NCBI GenBank assembly: GCA_049320885.1
Contig: JBMORA010000030.1
Coordinates: forward strand, 58,570-122,569
Direction: 5' to 3'
Origin: Thermodesulfobacteriota bacterium
GTDB taxonomy: Bacteria; Desulfobacterota; Desulfobacteria; Desulfobacterales; SURF-7
Length of the DNA stretch: 64,000 bases
Part shown: one piece after another, positions 39,540 to 50,100 of the stretch
Numbering within the stretch: the first letter of the stretch is position 1
Layout: each line of letters begins with the position of its first letter
The notes under the pieces: generated by a model
Told to the model about the DNA's origin: nothing
The model's input: only the letters and a program-made list of their open reading frames with translations
Databases searched by the model: none
Position numbers and translations under genes: made by a program

Positions 39540-42500
39540 ATGAACCAAGCCCAACGTCGATCCATGTCACTGCTGAAGCTTTTTTTCGTCATGCTTCTCT
39601 GCGTTTCTCCCTTTAAGGCCCAAGCCGCCGACAGCCTCTGCGCCGAGGTGAAGCTGGAGATCAAGCAGGAACTCAGCCTGGAGCGCCAGGCCTTCGACGC
39701 CCACATGCGCATCAACAACGGGCTCACCAACATCAGCCTGGACCAGGTCGGGATCGTGGTGAATTTCACCGACGAGGACGGCAACCCCGTGATCGCCAGT
39801 TTCGATCCCAATGCCGACCCGAATACCACCCGCTTTTTCATCCGGGTGGATTCCATGGACAACATCGCTGACATCGACGGCACCGGCGTCGTGGCCCCGT
39901 CCACCAGCGCCGATATCCATTGGCTGATCATTCCCGCCCAGGGAGCGGCCCAGGGTCTGCCCCAGGGCAAGCTCTATTACGTCGGCGCCACCCTGACCTA
40001 TCGCATCAACGGGGAGGAGAACGTCACCACGGTCACGCCGGATTACATCTATGTCAAACCCTTGCCCGATCTGGCCCTGGATTATTTCATGCCCGAGGAG
40101 GTCTATGGGGACGACGCTTTTACCGGTGCTATTGAACCGCCGGTGCCCTATTCCCTGGGCCTGCGGGTCAAGAACATCGGCCTGGGAATCGCCCGGAACG
40201 TGAAAATCGAGTCCGCCCAACCCAAAATCACGGAAAACACCCAGGGCCTGCTCATCGGTTTCGTCATCGAGGCCGCCGAATCCAACGGCGTGATCGCGTC
40301 CAACACCCTGCTGGCCTCCCTGGGGGACATCGCGCCGGAGACGGCCGGCACGGCCCGCTGGGTCATGACCAGCAGCCTGTCCGGCCGTTTCGTGGACTTC
40401 AGCGCTTCCGTCGCTCATGCCGATGAGCTGGGCGGGGACTTGACTTCCCTGATTCAAACCGAGAATCTGAAAACCCATTTCATGATCCGGGACGTGCTCC
40501 TGGATCTGCCGGGCCGGGACGCTATCCGGGATTTCCTGGCCCGGGACGGCGCGGCCCTCAAGCTCTTCGAAAGCAGCGGTGTGGATACGGCCGTGACGGA
40601 TTTTTCCAGCTCGTCCAGCCTGACGCCGGCGGGTTCTTCGGGCACGGAGACCTATTTTTCACTTTCCACCACCGAGACCAGCGGCCTCGGCTATGTCCGC
40701 CTGGCCGATCCCCACGCGGGCGCGCGGGTGCTGAAGAGCGTGGTGCGCTCCGACGGCAAGATCATCAAGCCCGAAAACGCCTGGCTGTCCAAGTCCCGCA
40801 AGGCGGTTGCCAGCGAAGGCTGGAATTATTTCGTCCACCTCTTCGACGCCGGCGCCACCAATGCCTATACCCTGACTTTCGATGATCCCCTGAACCTGCC
40901 CCAGGCCCCGGTGCTGGAGTTCATTCCCGACCGCAGCGGCGCCGAAGGGCAGCAGCTGGGCTTTCTCATCCAGGCCTCCGACCCCAACGGTACGATTCCC
41001 GCGCTTTCCGCCGAGGCCCTGCCCGTGGGGGCTGATCTGACCGACAACGGCGACGGCACGGCCGCTTTCCTGTGGACCCCGGCCGGGGGCCAGGCCGGCA
41101 GCTACACCATCACCTTTAAGGCCTCCGACGGGACCCTGACCGCCGTGCGGCGGGCCACCCTGACCATCTTCAACCCGGAGGACAGCGACGGCGACGGCAT
41201 GGCCGACTCCTGGGAACTGGCCCATTTCGGCACCCTGGACCGGGACGGCAGCGGCGATTTCGACGGCGACGGCATCTCCGATCTGGACGAATTCCTCAAT
41301 GGCACGGATCCCGGCCGCAGCGACCATGCCCCGAGCGTTCCCGTGATCCTCGCGCCGGCCCTGGACGCCGGCGTGGACACGCGCTCGCCCGTTCTCCAGG
41401 TGGAAAACAGCACGGATGCCGACGGCGACACCCTGACCTATGAATTCGAAGTCTTCACCGACGACAGCCTGACCGAAAAAGTGGCCTCCCAGACCGGCGT
41501 GGTTCAGGGCACCGACGCGACCGGCTGGACCCTGCCCATGGAACTGGACGACAACACCGCCTACACCTTTCGGGTGCGGGCCCGGGATGCGGTCAGCGCC
41601 AGCCTGTGGGCCTACGGCCGCTTTTTCGTCAACACGGAAAACGATCCGCCCACTGCCCCGCGGCCGGACACTCCAGCCGACGGCCGCAACGTAGACTCGG
41701 TCACACCGATGCTGCGAGCCCTTGCGGGTATTGATCCGGACGATGATCCGGTGACCCACACCGTTGAAATCTATACTGACGTCGCCATGACCGAACTGCT
41801 GATCGAGGGTCCGGGTTGGGTCACGGACAGCGGCCGAACCGTGGCCTTCCAGGTGGCCGATCCCCAACTCATTGACCAGACCACCTACTACTGGCGTGTG
41901 ATCGCCCGGGACAGCCTGGGCGCTGAGACCGAAGGGCAGCCGGCTTCCTTTTCCGTGAACCTTGCCAACCACGCGCCCGGACTGCCGGCCATCCTGGCGC
42001 CGGCAGAGGGCCTCGAGATCACTGGCACCACGGTGAATCTGGAGGTGACCAACGCTGAAGACATGGACGGGGACGTTTTGACCTATACCTTTGAAATCGA
42101 CACCAGCGCCGCATTCGACAGTCCCGCAAAGCAGGTGTCCGCCCCGGTTCCGGCCGGAGACGCGGAAACCGCCTGGCAGGTATCCGGGCTGAGCGACAAC
42201 ACCGTCTATTTCTGGCGGGTGCGGGCCGATGACGGCATTGCCCAAGGCCCCTGGGCCGCGGCCGAATGTTTCGTCAACACCGGAAATGACGAACCGGCTG
42301 CTCCGGTGGTGAAAAATCCGGGTCACCACGCCTGGACCACGACCCTGCGGCCGACCCTGTCCGCGGCCCCGGCCGGGGATGCGGACCGTGACGGCCTGAC
42401 CTATGAGTTCGAACTCTACCGCAATGCGGCCCTGACGGAATTGGCGGCCGCGGGCGGTGGTCCGTCTTCGGACTGGACCCTGCCCCTGGATCTCACCCCC

Positions 42501-45500
42501 AACACCCGCTATTTCTGGCGGGTCCAGGTGACGGACCAGCACGGCCTGGCCGGCGACTGGTCCGAAACCGCCGACCTGTTCGTCCAGGAGGAATCCACGC
42601 CGGAGGTGCTGGCCATCGGGGTATCCACCAGCAGCGGCAGGACCCTGGCCGGTGTTCCGGTGTATGCCTTCACCCAGGCCGGAGCCTATACCGGCCTTGT
42701 CAGGACCACGGATCCCGCCGGCCGGGCAGCCTTCGATCCCGCGGCTTTCAACGAGGGTTCCCATACCTTCCGCATCGACTACCTGGGCCGGCAGTTCTGG
42801 TCCGATCCGGTGAGCCTGCCGGGGGCAACCGCTCTCGATGTGGTCATTCCCACGGAAACCGTTTCCTTGGATGTGACCACGGCCGCGGGACCCTCCCCGG
42901 ACACCCGGGTGTACGTATTCGGTCCCGGCAATGCCTATCTCTCGGTCAACGGGATCACCGACGGCGCCGGCCGGGTGGTCTTCGAGCTGCCCGCGGGCGG
43001 GACCTATGATTTCCGCGCCGATCTCATGGGCAGCCAGTACTGGAGCGGTGCAAGCCAGGTGACGGCCGGCGGCGCCAACACCTTCGACGTCACTGCCGGC
43101 GGCGGCGAGTTCACCGTCAGCGTGGGCGAGGACGGCGCAACGCCCCTGCCCGGCCTGCGGGTCTACCTCTTCCATCAGAACGGCGCCTACCTGAACCGCA
43201 ATGCCATCACCGATGCCCAGGGGCAGGCACGCTTCGACGTATCCGCCGGCACCTACCGGGTGCGGGCCGATTACCTGGGCTACCAGTTCTGGAGCGACTA
43301 TACGGAAGTGACGGCGGACAGGGCCGCGACCCTGCCCATTCCCCACCAGGATGTGGCCGTCACCGTCTCCGCCTCCTACCAGGGAGGGGCCGAACCCCTT
43401 GCGGGCGTGCCGGTGTACCTGTTCACCAGGGAAATGGCCTACCAGAACCGCAGCGCCGTCACAAACGGTTCCGGCCAGGTGGTCTTCCATCTGCCGGCCG
43501 GGGCCTATAAAGTGCGGGCCGATTACCGCAGCGGCCAGTTCCTGTCCGAGGAATTCAATCAGACCGATGCCGCGGTGGTCGTTCCCATGGCCGAGGCCCG
43601 GGTGCGGGTGGGCTGGAACACGGCCTTCCTGCCGGATGTGCCGGTGTACGTCTTCACCGCCGGCGGCGCCTACCTGTCCCTGAACAGCGTCAGTGGCGGC
43701 GATGGCACGGTCCTGTTCCGCCTGCCGGCCGGGGGCCAGTACAAATTCCGGGCCGACTACCAGACTGGCCAGTTCTGGAGCAACGAAACCGTTCTGCCTG
43801 CCGACCAGATCAGCCCGGTGGACATCAGCACCGGCGGCGGTTCCTTCACCTTTACCGCCCTCCGGGACGCCGGGGAGTCCATCGAGGGGATCAACTGCTA
43901 TGTGTTCAGCGAAGCCGGGGCCTATTTCGGCGTGTACGGACCCACCGGCGCCGAAGGGGCTGTTTCCTTCGACCTGGCCGACGGGATCTACAACATCCGG
44001 GCCGATTACCTGGGCTACCAGTTCTGGAGCTACCAGCATGAAATGCCCGGCCCCCTTTCCGGGCAGCTGGTCATCCCCCATGAACCGGTGACGGTTTCCG
44101 TCGGCGGCCGTTTCGACGGGGAGGTGACGCCCCTTGCGGACACACCGGTCTATCTCTTTACCGCCGCCGGCGCCTACCAGAACCGCATGCTGACCACCGA
44201 CGCCCAGGGGCAGGTGGTGTTCGACCTGCCGGACCGGGAATACAAGGTCCGCGCCGACTACCTCAGCGGTCAGTTCTGGTCCACGGCCTTCAACCAGCAG
44301 GATATGGCCGTTGCGATCCCCATGGCCGACGCGGAGATCACCGTGACCTACGGCGGCGCCCCGCTGGCCGGCGTGCCGGTCTATGCCTATACCGCGGCCC
44401 ACGCCTATCTGAATCGCCATCAGACAACGGGAACCGACGGCCGGGCCGTATTCCGCCTGCCGGCCTCCGGAACCTACGAGTTCCGGGCCGACTATCAGGC
44501 CAGCCAGTACTGGTCCGGCGAGACCAGCCTCCCGGCCGACCAGGTCAGCCCGGTGGCCATCTCCACCGGCGGCGGGCCGTTCATCTTCACGGTGCGGAAA
44601 TCGGAAAACGAGCCCCTGGCCGGCGTGGCCTGTTATGTGTTCAACGAGGCCGGAACCTATCTCAACCTGAACAACGTGACCAGCAGCGAAGGCCAGGCGA
44701 CCTTCGAACTGGCCAACGGCAATTATAAATTCCGGGTGGACTACCTGGGGTACCAGTACTGGAGCACGGTGAGCCAGGTCCCGGCGGTTTCCACCAGCAC
44801 CCTGACCATCCCCCACGCGGATGTCACCGTCGGTGTGGGCAGCCTGTACCAGGGCGTCAGCGAACCCCTGGCCGGCGTGCCGGTGTATCTCTTCACCGCT
44901 GCGGGGTCTTACCAGAACCTGATCCAGACCACCGACGCGGTGGGCCAGGTGTTGTTCCGCCTGCCCCCCGGCGAATACAAGGCCCGGGCCGATTACCGCA
45001 GCCGCCAGTTCTGGTCCACGGTTTTCAACCAGGCCGATGCGGACGTGGAGATCCCCATGGCCGACGCCCGGATAACGGTCCTGAGCGCCGGAGCGCCCGT
45101 GGCCAATGCGCCGGTCTATGCCTACACCGCCGGCCGCGGCTATCTCAACCTGACCCAGACCACCGACGCCGCCGGCCAGGTCCTGTTCCGCCTGCCGGCC
45201 GGCAGTGCCTATGATTTCCGGGCCGACTACCAGGGAAGCCAGTACTGGGCCGATGATGCGGCCCTGACCGCCGACCTGGTCAACCCCGTTACAATCTCCG
45301 CCGGCGGCGGCGTTTTCGAGCTCACCGTCCGGAAGGACCTTGATCTGCCCCTTCCCGGCGTGCGCTGCTACGTCTTCAGCCAGGCCGGGGCCTACCTGGG
45401 CCTGTCCGGCACCGCCGACGCCCAGGGCCGGGTGCTCTTCAACCTGGCCGACGGCAGTTACAGGTTCCGGGTGGATTACCTCGGCTACCAGTTCTGGACC

Positions 45501-46040
45501 GGCATCCACACCGTGCCCGCCAGCCTGGCGGACGATTTCCTCATCCCCCACCAGGAAGTGACGGTCACGGTGGAAAGCCTGTACCAGAATCCGGCGCCCC
45601 TTGGCGGCGTGAAGGTCTACCTCTTCACCCAGAGCGGCGCCTACCAGAACCAGAACCAAACCACCGGCGCCGACGGCCGGGTGACCTTCAGCCTGCCCGA
45701 GAAAGCCTACAAGGTGCGGGCCGATTACCTGGGTTACCAGTTCTGGTCCGCCGCGCCCTTCACCTGGACCGATCCCCTGGTCACCATCGACCATGGCCTG
45801 GCCCGGGTGCATACCCATCGCGCCGGAGTCGATCAGCCCGGCGCCCGGGTCTATCTCTACACCGGAGCCGGCGCTTACATGAACCAATATAAGGACACCG
45901 GTACCACGGGTTTGGCCGAGTTCCTCCTCCCCAACCAGCCCTACAAGTTCCGGGCCGACCAGGGCGTCGACTCGGTTTACAGCAACACAATCACGGTGAC
46001 ACCGGGGGTGGAGACCGTGGTGGAGGTGGATTTGGATTAG
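39540..46040 (+). CDS. Large exported repeat protein (Ig/FN3-like, DxDxDG Ca-binding motifs, 14 prealbumin/carboxypeptidase-regulatory-like repeats)
   Basis: Signal peptide ending AQA-ADS; DSDGDGMADSWE; repeated GVPVYLFT..TTD..G.V.F.LP.G.Y..RADY..QFWS. Confidence 0.85.
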   Translation: MNQAQRRSMSLLKLFFVMLLCVSPFKAQAADSLCAEVKLEIKQELSLERQAFDAHMRINNGLTNISLDQVGIVVNFTDEDGNPVIASFDPNADPNTTRFFIRVDSMDNIADIDGTGVVAPSTSADIHWLIIPAQGAAQGLPQGKLYYVGATLTYRINGEENVTTVTPDYIYVKPLPDLALDYFMPEEVYGDDAFTGAIEPPVPYSLGLRVKNIGLGIARNVKIESAQPKITENTQGLLIGFVIEAAESNGVIASNTLLASLGDIAPETAGTARWVMTSSLSGRFVDFSASVAHADELGGDLTSLIQTENLKTHFMIRDVLLDLPGRDAIRDFLARDGAALKLFESSGVDTAVTDFSSSSSLTPAGSSGTETYFSLSTTETSGLGYVRLADPHAGARVLKSVVRSDGKIIKPENAWLSKSRKAVASEGWNYFVHLFDAGATNAYTLTFDDPLNLPQAPVLEFIPDRSGAEGQQLGFLIQASDPNGTIPALSAEALPVGADLTDNGDGTAAFLWTPAGGQAGSYTITFKASDGTLTAVRRATLTIFNPEDSDGDGMADSWELAHFGTLDRDGSGDFDGDGISDLDEFLNGTDPGRSDHAPSVPVILAPALDAGVDTRSPVLQVENSTDADGDTLTYEFEVFTDDSLTEKVASQTGVVQGTDATGWTLPMELDDNTAYTFRVRARDAVSASLWAYGRFFVNTENDPPTAPRPDTPADGRNVDSVTPMLRALAGIDPDDDPVTHTVEIYTDVAMTELLIEGPGWVTDSGRTVAFQVADPQLIDQTTYYWRVIARDSLGAETEGQPASFSVNLANHAPGLPAILAPAEGLEITGTTVNLEVTNAEDMDGDVLTYTFEIDTSAAFDSPAKQVSAPVPAGDAETAWQVSGLSDNTVYFWRVRADDGIAQGPWAAAECFVNTGNDEPAAPVVKNPGHHAWTTTLRPTLSAAPAGDADRDGLTYEFELYRNAALTELAAAGGGPSSDWTLPLDLTPNTRYFWRVQVTDQHGLAGDWSETADLFVQEESTPEVLAIGVSTSSGRTLAGVPVYAFTQAGAYTGLVRTTDPAGRAAFDPAAFNEGSHTFRIDYLGRQFWSDPVSLPGATALDVVIPTETVSLDVTTAAGPSPDTRVYVFGPGNAYLSVNGITDGAGRVVFELPAGGTYDFRADLMGSQYWSGASQVTAGGANTFDVTAGGGEFTVSVGEDGATPLPGLRVYLFHQNGAYLNRNAITDAQGQARFDVSAGTYRVRADYLGYQFWSDYTEVTADRAATLPIPHQDVAVTVSASYQGGAEPLAGVPVYLFTREMAYQNRSAVTNGSGQVVFHLPAGAYKVRADYRSGQFLSEEFNQTDAAVVVPMAEARVRVGWNTAFLPDVPVYVFTAGGAYLSLNSVSGGDGTVLFRLPAGGQYKFRADYQTGQFWSNETVLPADQISPVDISTGGGSFTFTALRDAGESIEGINCYVFSEAGAYFGVYGPTGAEGAVSFDLADGIYNIRADYLGYQFWSYQHEMPGPLSGQLVIPHEPVTVSVGGRFDGEVTPLADTPVYLFTAAGAYQNRMLTTDAQGQVVFDLPDREYKVRADYLSGQFWSTAFNQQDMAVAIPMADAEITVTYGGAPLAGVPVYAYTAAHAYLNRHQTTGTDGRAVFRLPASGTYEFRADYQASQYWSGETSLPADQVSPVAISTGGGPFIFTVRKSENEPLAGVACYVFNEAGTYLNLNNVTSSEGQATFELANGNYKFRVDYLGYQYWSTVSQVPAVSTSTLTIPHADVTVGVGSLYQGVSEPLAGVPVYLFTAAGSYQNLIQTTDAVGQVLFRLPPGEYKARADYRSRQFWSTVFNQADADVEIPMADARITVLSAGAPVANAPVYAYTAGRGYLNLTQTTDAAGQVLFRLPAGSAYDFRADYQGSQYWADDAALTADLVNPVTISAGGGVFELTVRKDLDLPLPGVRCYVFSQAGAYLGLSGTADAQGRVLFNLADGSYRFRVDYLGYQFWTGIHTVPASLADDFLIPHQEVTVTVESLYQNPAPLGGVKVYLFTQSGAYQNQNQTTGADGRVTFSLPEKAYKVRADYLGYQFWSAAPFTWTDPLVTIDHGLARVHTHRAGVDQPGARVYLYTGAGAYMNQYKDTGTTGLAEFLLPNQPYKFRADQGVDSVYSNTITVTPGVETVVEVDLD

Positions 46041-46063
46041 GGTGCAGTTGAAAAAGGATTTGA

Positions 46064-46191
46064 TCTGATTTGGATATGTTTTTTAACCACGAAGAACACG
46101 AAGGACACGAAGAAAGACAGAACTGTTTTCCCCGGCGCAGCCGGCAGACTTCGTGCGCTTCGTGTACTTCAGCGCAGCGGGTGGTTGAAAG
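46064..46191. repeat. Palindromic element family A (CACGAAG-core 9-mers), left of the rhodanese gene
   Basis: ACCACGAAG-AACACGAAG-GACACGAAG ... CTTCGTGCG-CTTCGTGTA-CTTC..GTGGT. Confidence 0.9.
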
Positions 46192-46211
46192 TGGTTTATA
46201 AAGGAAATCAT

Positions 46212-47006
46212 ATGAAAGCGATGAAAATATTGATGTTGGGAGTTATGGCATTGATGCTGACGCCCACTTTTTCGATTTCAGCCGACAACAACAAAACAGA
46301 AACCGATGCCACCGTCAGCTCGGAAAAGGCCCTACGCGAATTTCGGCTAAACAAGATTCTCCTCATCGACGTCCGCAGCCAGGAAGCCTACGACAAGCTC
46401 CACATCCCCGGCTCGCTCAACATCCCGCTGTTCGCCGTCAAGACCAAGCCTTTCCTGAAAACCAGACCCATCATCCTGGTAAACGAAGGCTTTAGCATCA
46501 CTCCTCTGGAAACCGAATGCCGATCCCTCCAGGCCAAAGGCTTTCACGCAACCGTTCTGGCAGGCGGCCTCATTGCCTGGAATGCCCAAAAGGCCCCCCT
46601 GGAAGGCGATCCCCGTGAACTCGCAACGCTCCGGATGGTCACCGCCGACACGTTCCACCAGGAAAAAAACCGCCCCGGACTGGTTCTTGTCGATGCCGCC
46701 AAACCCGAACCAGCAAAACCAACCCAACCAATCAACGCAATCCCTCTGACCACTTTCGTCTCCACCAAACAAAAACGAAGCCCCCAGCCGGTCCTCATTT
46801 TCACCGGGGACGGCGCAGGCTATGACAATATACAGTATCAACTCGAAAAAGCCGGTGCCGGACCGGCCTTTTTTCTATCCGGCGGCATCCAGGGCTATAA
46901 CTCCTTTTTGAATAACCTGGCCCTGCTGCACCGGCCCCAGGAGGAGCGCACCCAGAGCATCAGCGCCTGCCCCTCCTGCGCCAAAAAGGCAAAGGATGAT
47001 GTCTGA
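46212..47006 (+). CDS. Exported rhodanese-like domain protein
   Basis: Signal peptide; LIDVRSQEAYDKLHIPGSLNIP, LAGGLIAW and second LSGGIQGY motifs; C-terminal CPSC. Confidence 0.85.
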   Translation: MKAMKILMLGVMALMLTPTFSISADNNKTETDATVSSEKALREFRLNKILLIDVRSQEAYDKLHIPGSLNIPLFAVKTKPFLKTRPIILVNEGFSITPLETECRSLQAKGFHATVLAGGLIAWNAQKAPLEGDPRELATLRMVTADTFHQEKNRPGLVLVDAAKPEPAKPTQPINAIPLTTFVSTKQKRSPQPVLIFTGDGAGYDNIQYQLEKAGAGPAFFLSGGIQGYNSFLNNLALLHRPQEERTQSISACPSCAKKAKDDV

Positions 47007-47120
47007 TTTGGATATTGTTATTCACCACGAAGGACACGAAGAAAGACAGAACTGTTTTTCCCGGCGCAGCCGGCAGACTTCGTGCTCTTCGTGTACTTCA
47101 GCGAAGCGGGTGGTTGAAAG
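47002..47120. repeat. Palindromic element family A, right of the rhodanese gene
   Basis: Near-identical direct copy of 46064-46191 with one 9-mer fewer. Confidence 0.9.
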
Positions 47121-47148
47121 AGAATAAAACACAATTGATTTTCACCAT

Positions 47149-50100
47149 ATGCGGAAAGTCGGAAAGATGAACAAACAAAGAGGAACCATGAACGCTAACG
47201 GATTATCCAGCTCAAATTCGACAACGGAACGAAAAACAGCCTTAAGCACCATATCCCGAATTGTTTTTCTGTTGTTCTTCTTTCTGATCCAATCCGCAAA
47301 CCCCGCCAAAGCAGACCCGGTGGTGATCACGGCCAACACGACCATTTCCGCAACCGATATGAGCTACGACAACCAGGCCGTCACCGTCGACGCCTGCACG
47401 GTCACCATCAACGGCGCCCACCAGTTCGAAAGTCTGACCCTCATCAACGGCGCCAAGGTCACCCATAGCGCCAACAGCACAGCGCAAGTCAATATTATCG
47501 ACATAGCTATAACCAATGATCTGGCCATTGATGTGAATTCATCCTTTGATGTCAATGGATTAGGATATTCCAAGGATCAGGGAACCGGTAAAGGGATCGG
47601 AGGAGATTACGGCGGCGGTGGCGGCGGGCACGGCGGCAATGGAGGATATGGCGGCAGCAGCGGGGGGCGTCCTGGTGGTGAAAGCTACGATTCGATCATG
47701 GTTCCATCCTTGATTGGAAGTGGCGGTGGGACATCCACCTACAACACCGACGGAAACGGTGGTGCTGGCGGTGGCGGAGTTCGTCTCAGCGTTGGTGGAA
47801 GGCTGGAAAACAATGGAACCATAACTGCGATTGGCACGAATGGTACTACAGGCAGTTATGGCGGAGGTGGAGGTTCCGGGGGTTTTATCCATCTAACTGC
47901 CGGCGAACTTGCAGGCGGCGGAACGATCACCGCCAATGGCGGTAACGGAGCAAATACAACATACGGTGGTGGTGGCGCCGGAGGACGTATCGCCGTCTAT
48001 TATAACAATGATAACTATACGGGAAATATTTCAGCTTGTGGTGGGACAGGAAAGCAAAGCGGCGCAGCCGGAAGCGTATATCTCCATTCCAATACATCCG
48101 GCGAGAGCAGGGTTGTTTTTGACAATGCGTTGAATACAGGCGCTTTTACAAACATTTCTGGTGTCTTGCCGAACATTGTTATCAGCAACAAAGCTGTTGT
48201 TGTCGCAAGCGAAGAAATCACTGCGGGCGATTGCACGGTTGATAACGCCACTTTTTATGTCAATTCAAAAACGTCGATTGAAAATGTGACCCTACTGAAT
48301 AACGGGGTTGTAACCCACAGCTCGAATAATATCAGTCAGACATATACAATTGATCTGGTTGTTTCCGGTAACATGACCATCGATGTCGCATCATTCATCG
48401 ATGCGAACGGTCTCGGTTATGAGAAAGATCAAGGTATTGCTAAAGGGATCGGGGGAGATTACGGCGGCGGTGGCGGCGGGCACGGCGGCAATGGAGGATA
48501 TGGCGGCAGCAGCGGGGGGCGTCCTGGTGGTGAAAGCTACGATTCGATCATGGTTCCATCCTTGATTGGAAGTGGCGGTGGGACATCCACCTACAACACC
48601 GACGGAAACGGTGGTGCTGGCGGTGGCGGAGTTCGTCTCAGCGTTGGTGGAAGGCTGGAAAACAATGGAACCATAACTGCGATTGGCACGAATGGTACTA
48701 CAGGCAGTTATGGCGGAGGTGGAGGTTCCGGGGGTTTTATCCATCTAACTGCCGGCGAACTTGCAGGCGGCGGAACGATCACCGCCAATGGCGGTAACGG
48801 AGCAAATACAACATACGGTGGTGGTGGCGCCGGAGGACGTATCGCCGTCTATTATTCGACCAATAATTATACGGGTGTTATCACCGCCTATGGAGGTACC
48901 GGAAAGCAGAGCGGCGGCGCCGGCAGCATTTATGTGAAATCCAATGCAACAAACGAAGGTCAGCTTATCATCGACAATGGTTCGAGATCAGGAGCCTCTT
49001 CGACCATAAGCGGCACATTCCCGGATATCGTCATCCGCAACAGTGCAGTGGTTGTCGCAACCGGGGAAGTAATCGCCGCCGATTGCGCGATCGATAGCGC
49101 CATTTTTTATGCCGATTACAGAAGCTCAGTTGACAATGTGACCATATCGAACAACGGCGTGTTGACCCATAGCACGAATACCACTGCGCAGACCTGTATC
49201 ATCGACATGGTGGTTTCAGGTGACATGGTTATCGAAACCGGAGGGAAGATCGATGCAAAGGGTCTTGGCTATGCAAGCGATACCGGTCCGGGAGCGGGAG
49301 CCGTTGCGAATCTATATGGCCCCGGCGCCGGCCATGGCGGGAAAGGGGGTAATGGAGGGGGCGGTGCTGTCGGTGGTAACAGTTACGATTCAATCGAACT
49401 GCCGGCCCTAATTGGAAGCGGCGGAAGTAAGGCCGGTAATTATAATCTAAGCGGTGGCAGTGGCGGTGGAGGTGTAAGGGTAAACATCGGCGGCCGGTTA
49501 CAAAACAACGGCATAATTCAGGCTGACGGCAATACCGGCGCTGTAAATAACAATTATTGCGGCGGCGGCGGGTCCGGTGGTTTTATTCACCTGTCGGTTG
49601 GGGAACTGACCGGAAGCGGCGTTATCAGCGCCAACGGCGGGAATGGCGGAAATACAAATTACGGCGGCGGCGGGTCCGGCGGCCGTATTGCTTTATACTA
49701 TAGCGAGACACGGCCTGCTTTGACCTTTAACATGGCCAACATCACCGTCACAGGAGGTACCGGATACCAGAACGGAGAGGCCGGCACGATATATATCGCC
49801 GAAGTCGCCACCCCCGTCATCACCACCAACGGCGGCCGGGACTTCTCCACCAACATAGCGGAACTGACCCTGGAAGGCACCTGTCTGGCCGACGCCCATA
49901 CCATTCTGGTCAACGATTCCGCCACCAACGTCATTCACACTACCGGCGATCCGTCCTGGAGCTATACCTGTACCCTGGCCGAGGGCGCCAACCCGTTTTC
50001 CGTGGTGGCGGAGAATTCACTGGGCGTGCGCAGCGGGGCCGCCACGATCACGGTCACCATGAACACCACGCCGCCGGGCGCGCCGGAGATCACCACCAAC

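Noticed and set aside
30156..47120. 9-mer tandem repeats as a CRISPR array
   Set aside because: No repeat-unique spacer periodicity and no cas genes; they are isolated palindromic elements
47589..48855. Diversity-generating retroelement TR/VR pair
   Set aside because: No reverse transcriptase in the window, and the copies lack multiple adenine-specific mismatches
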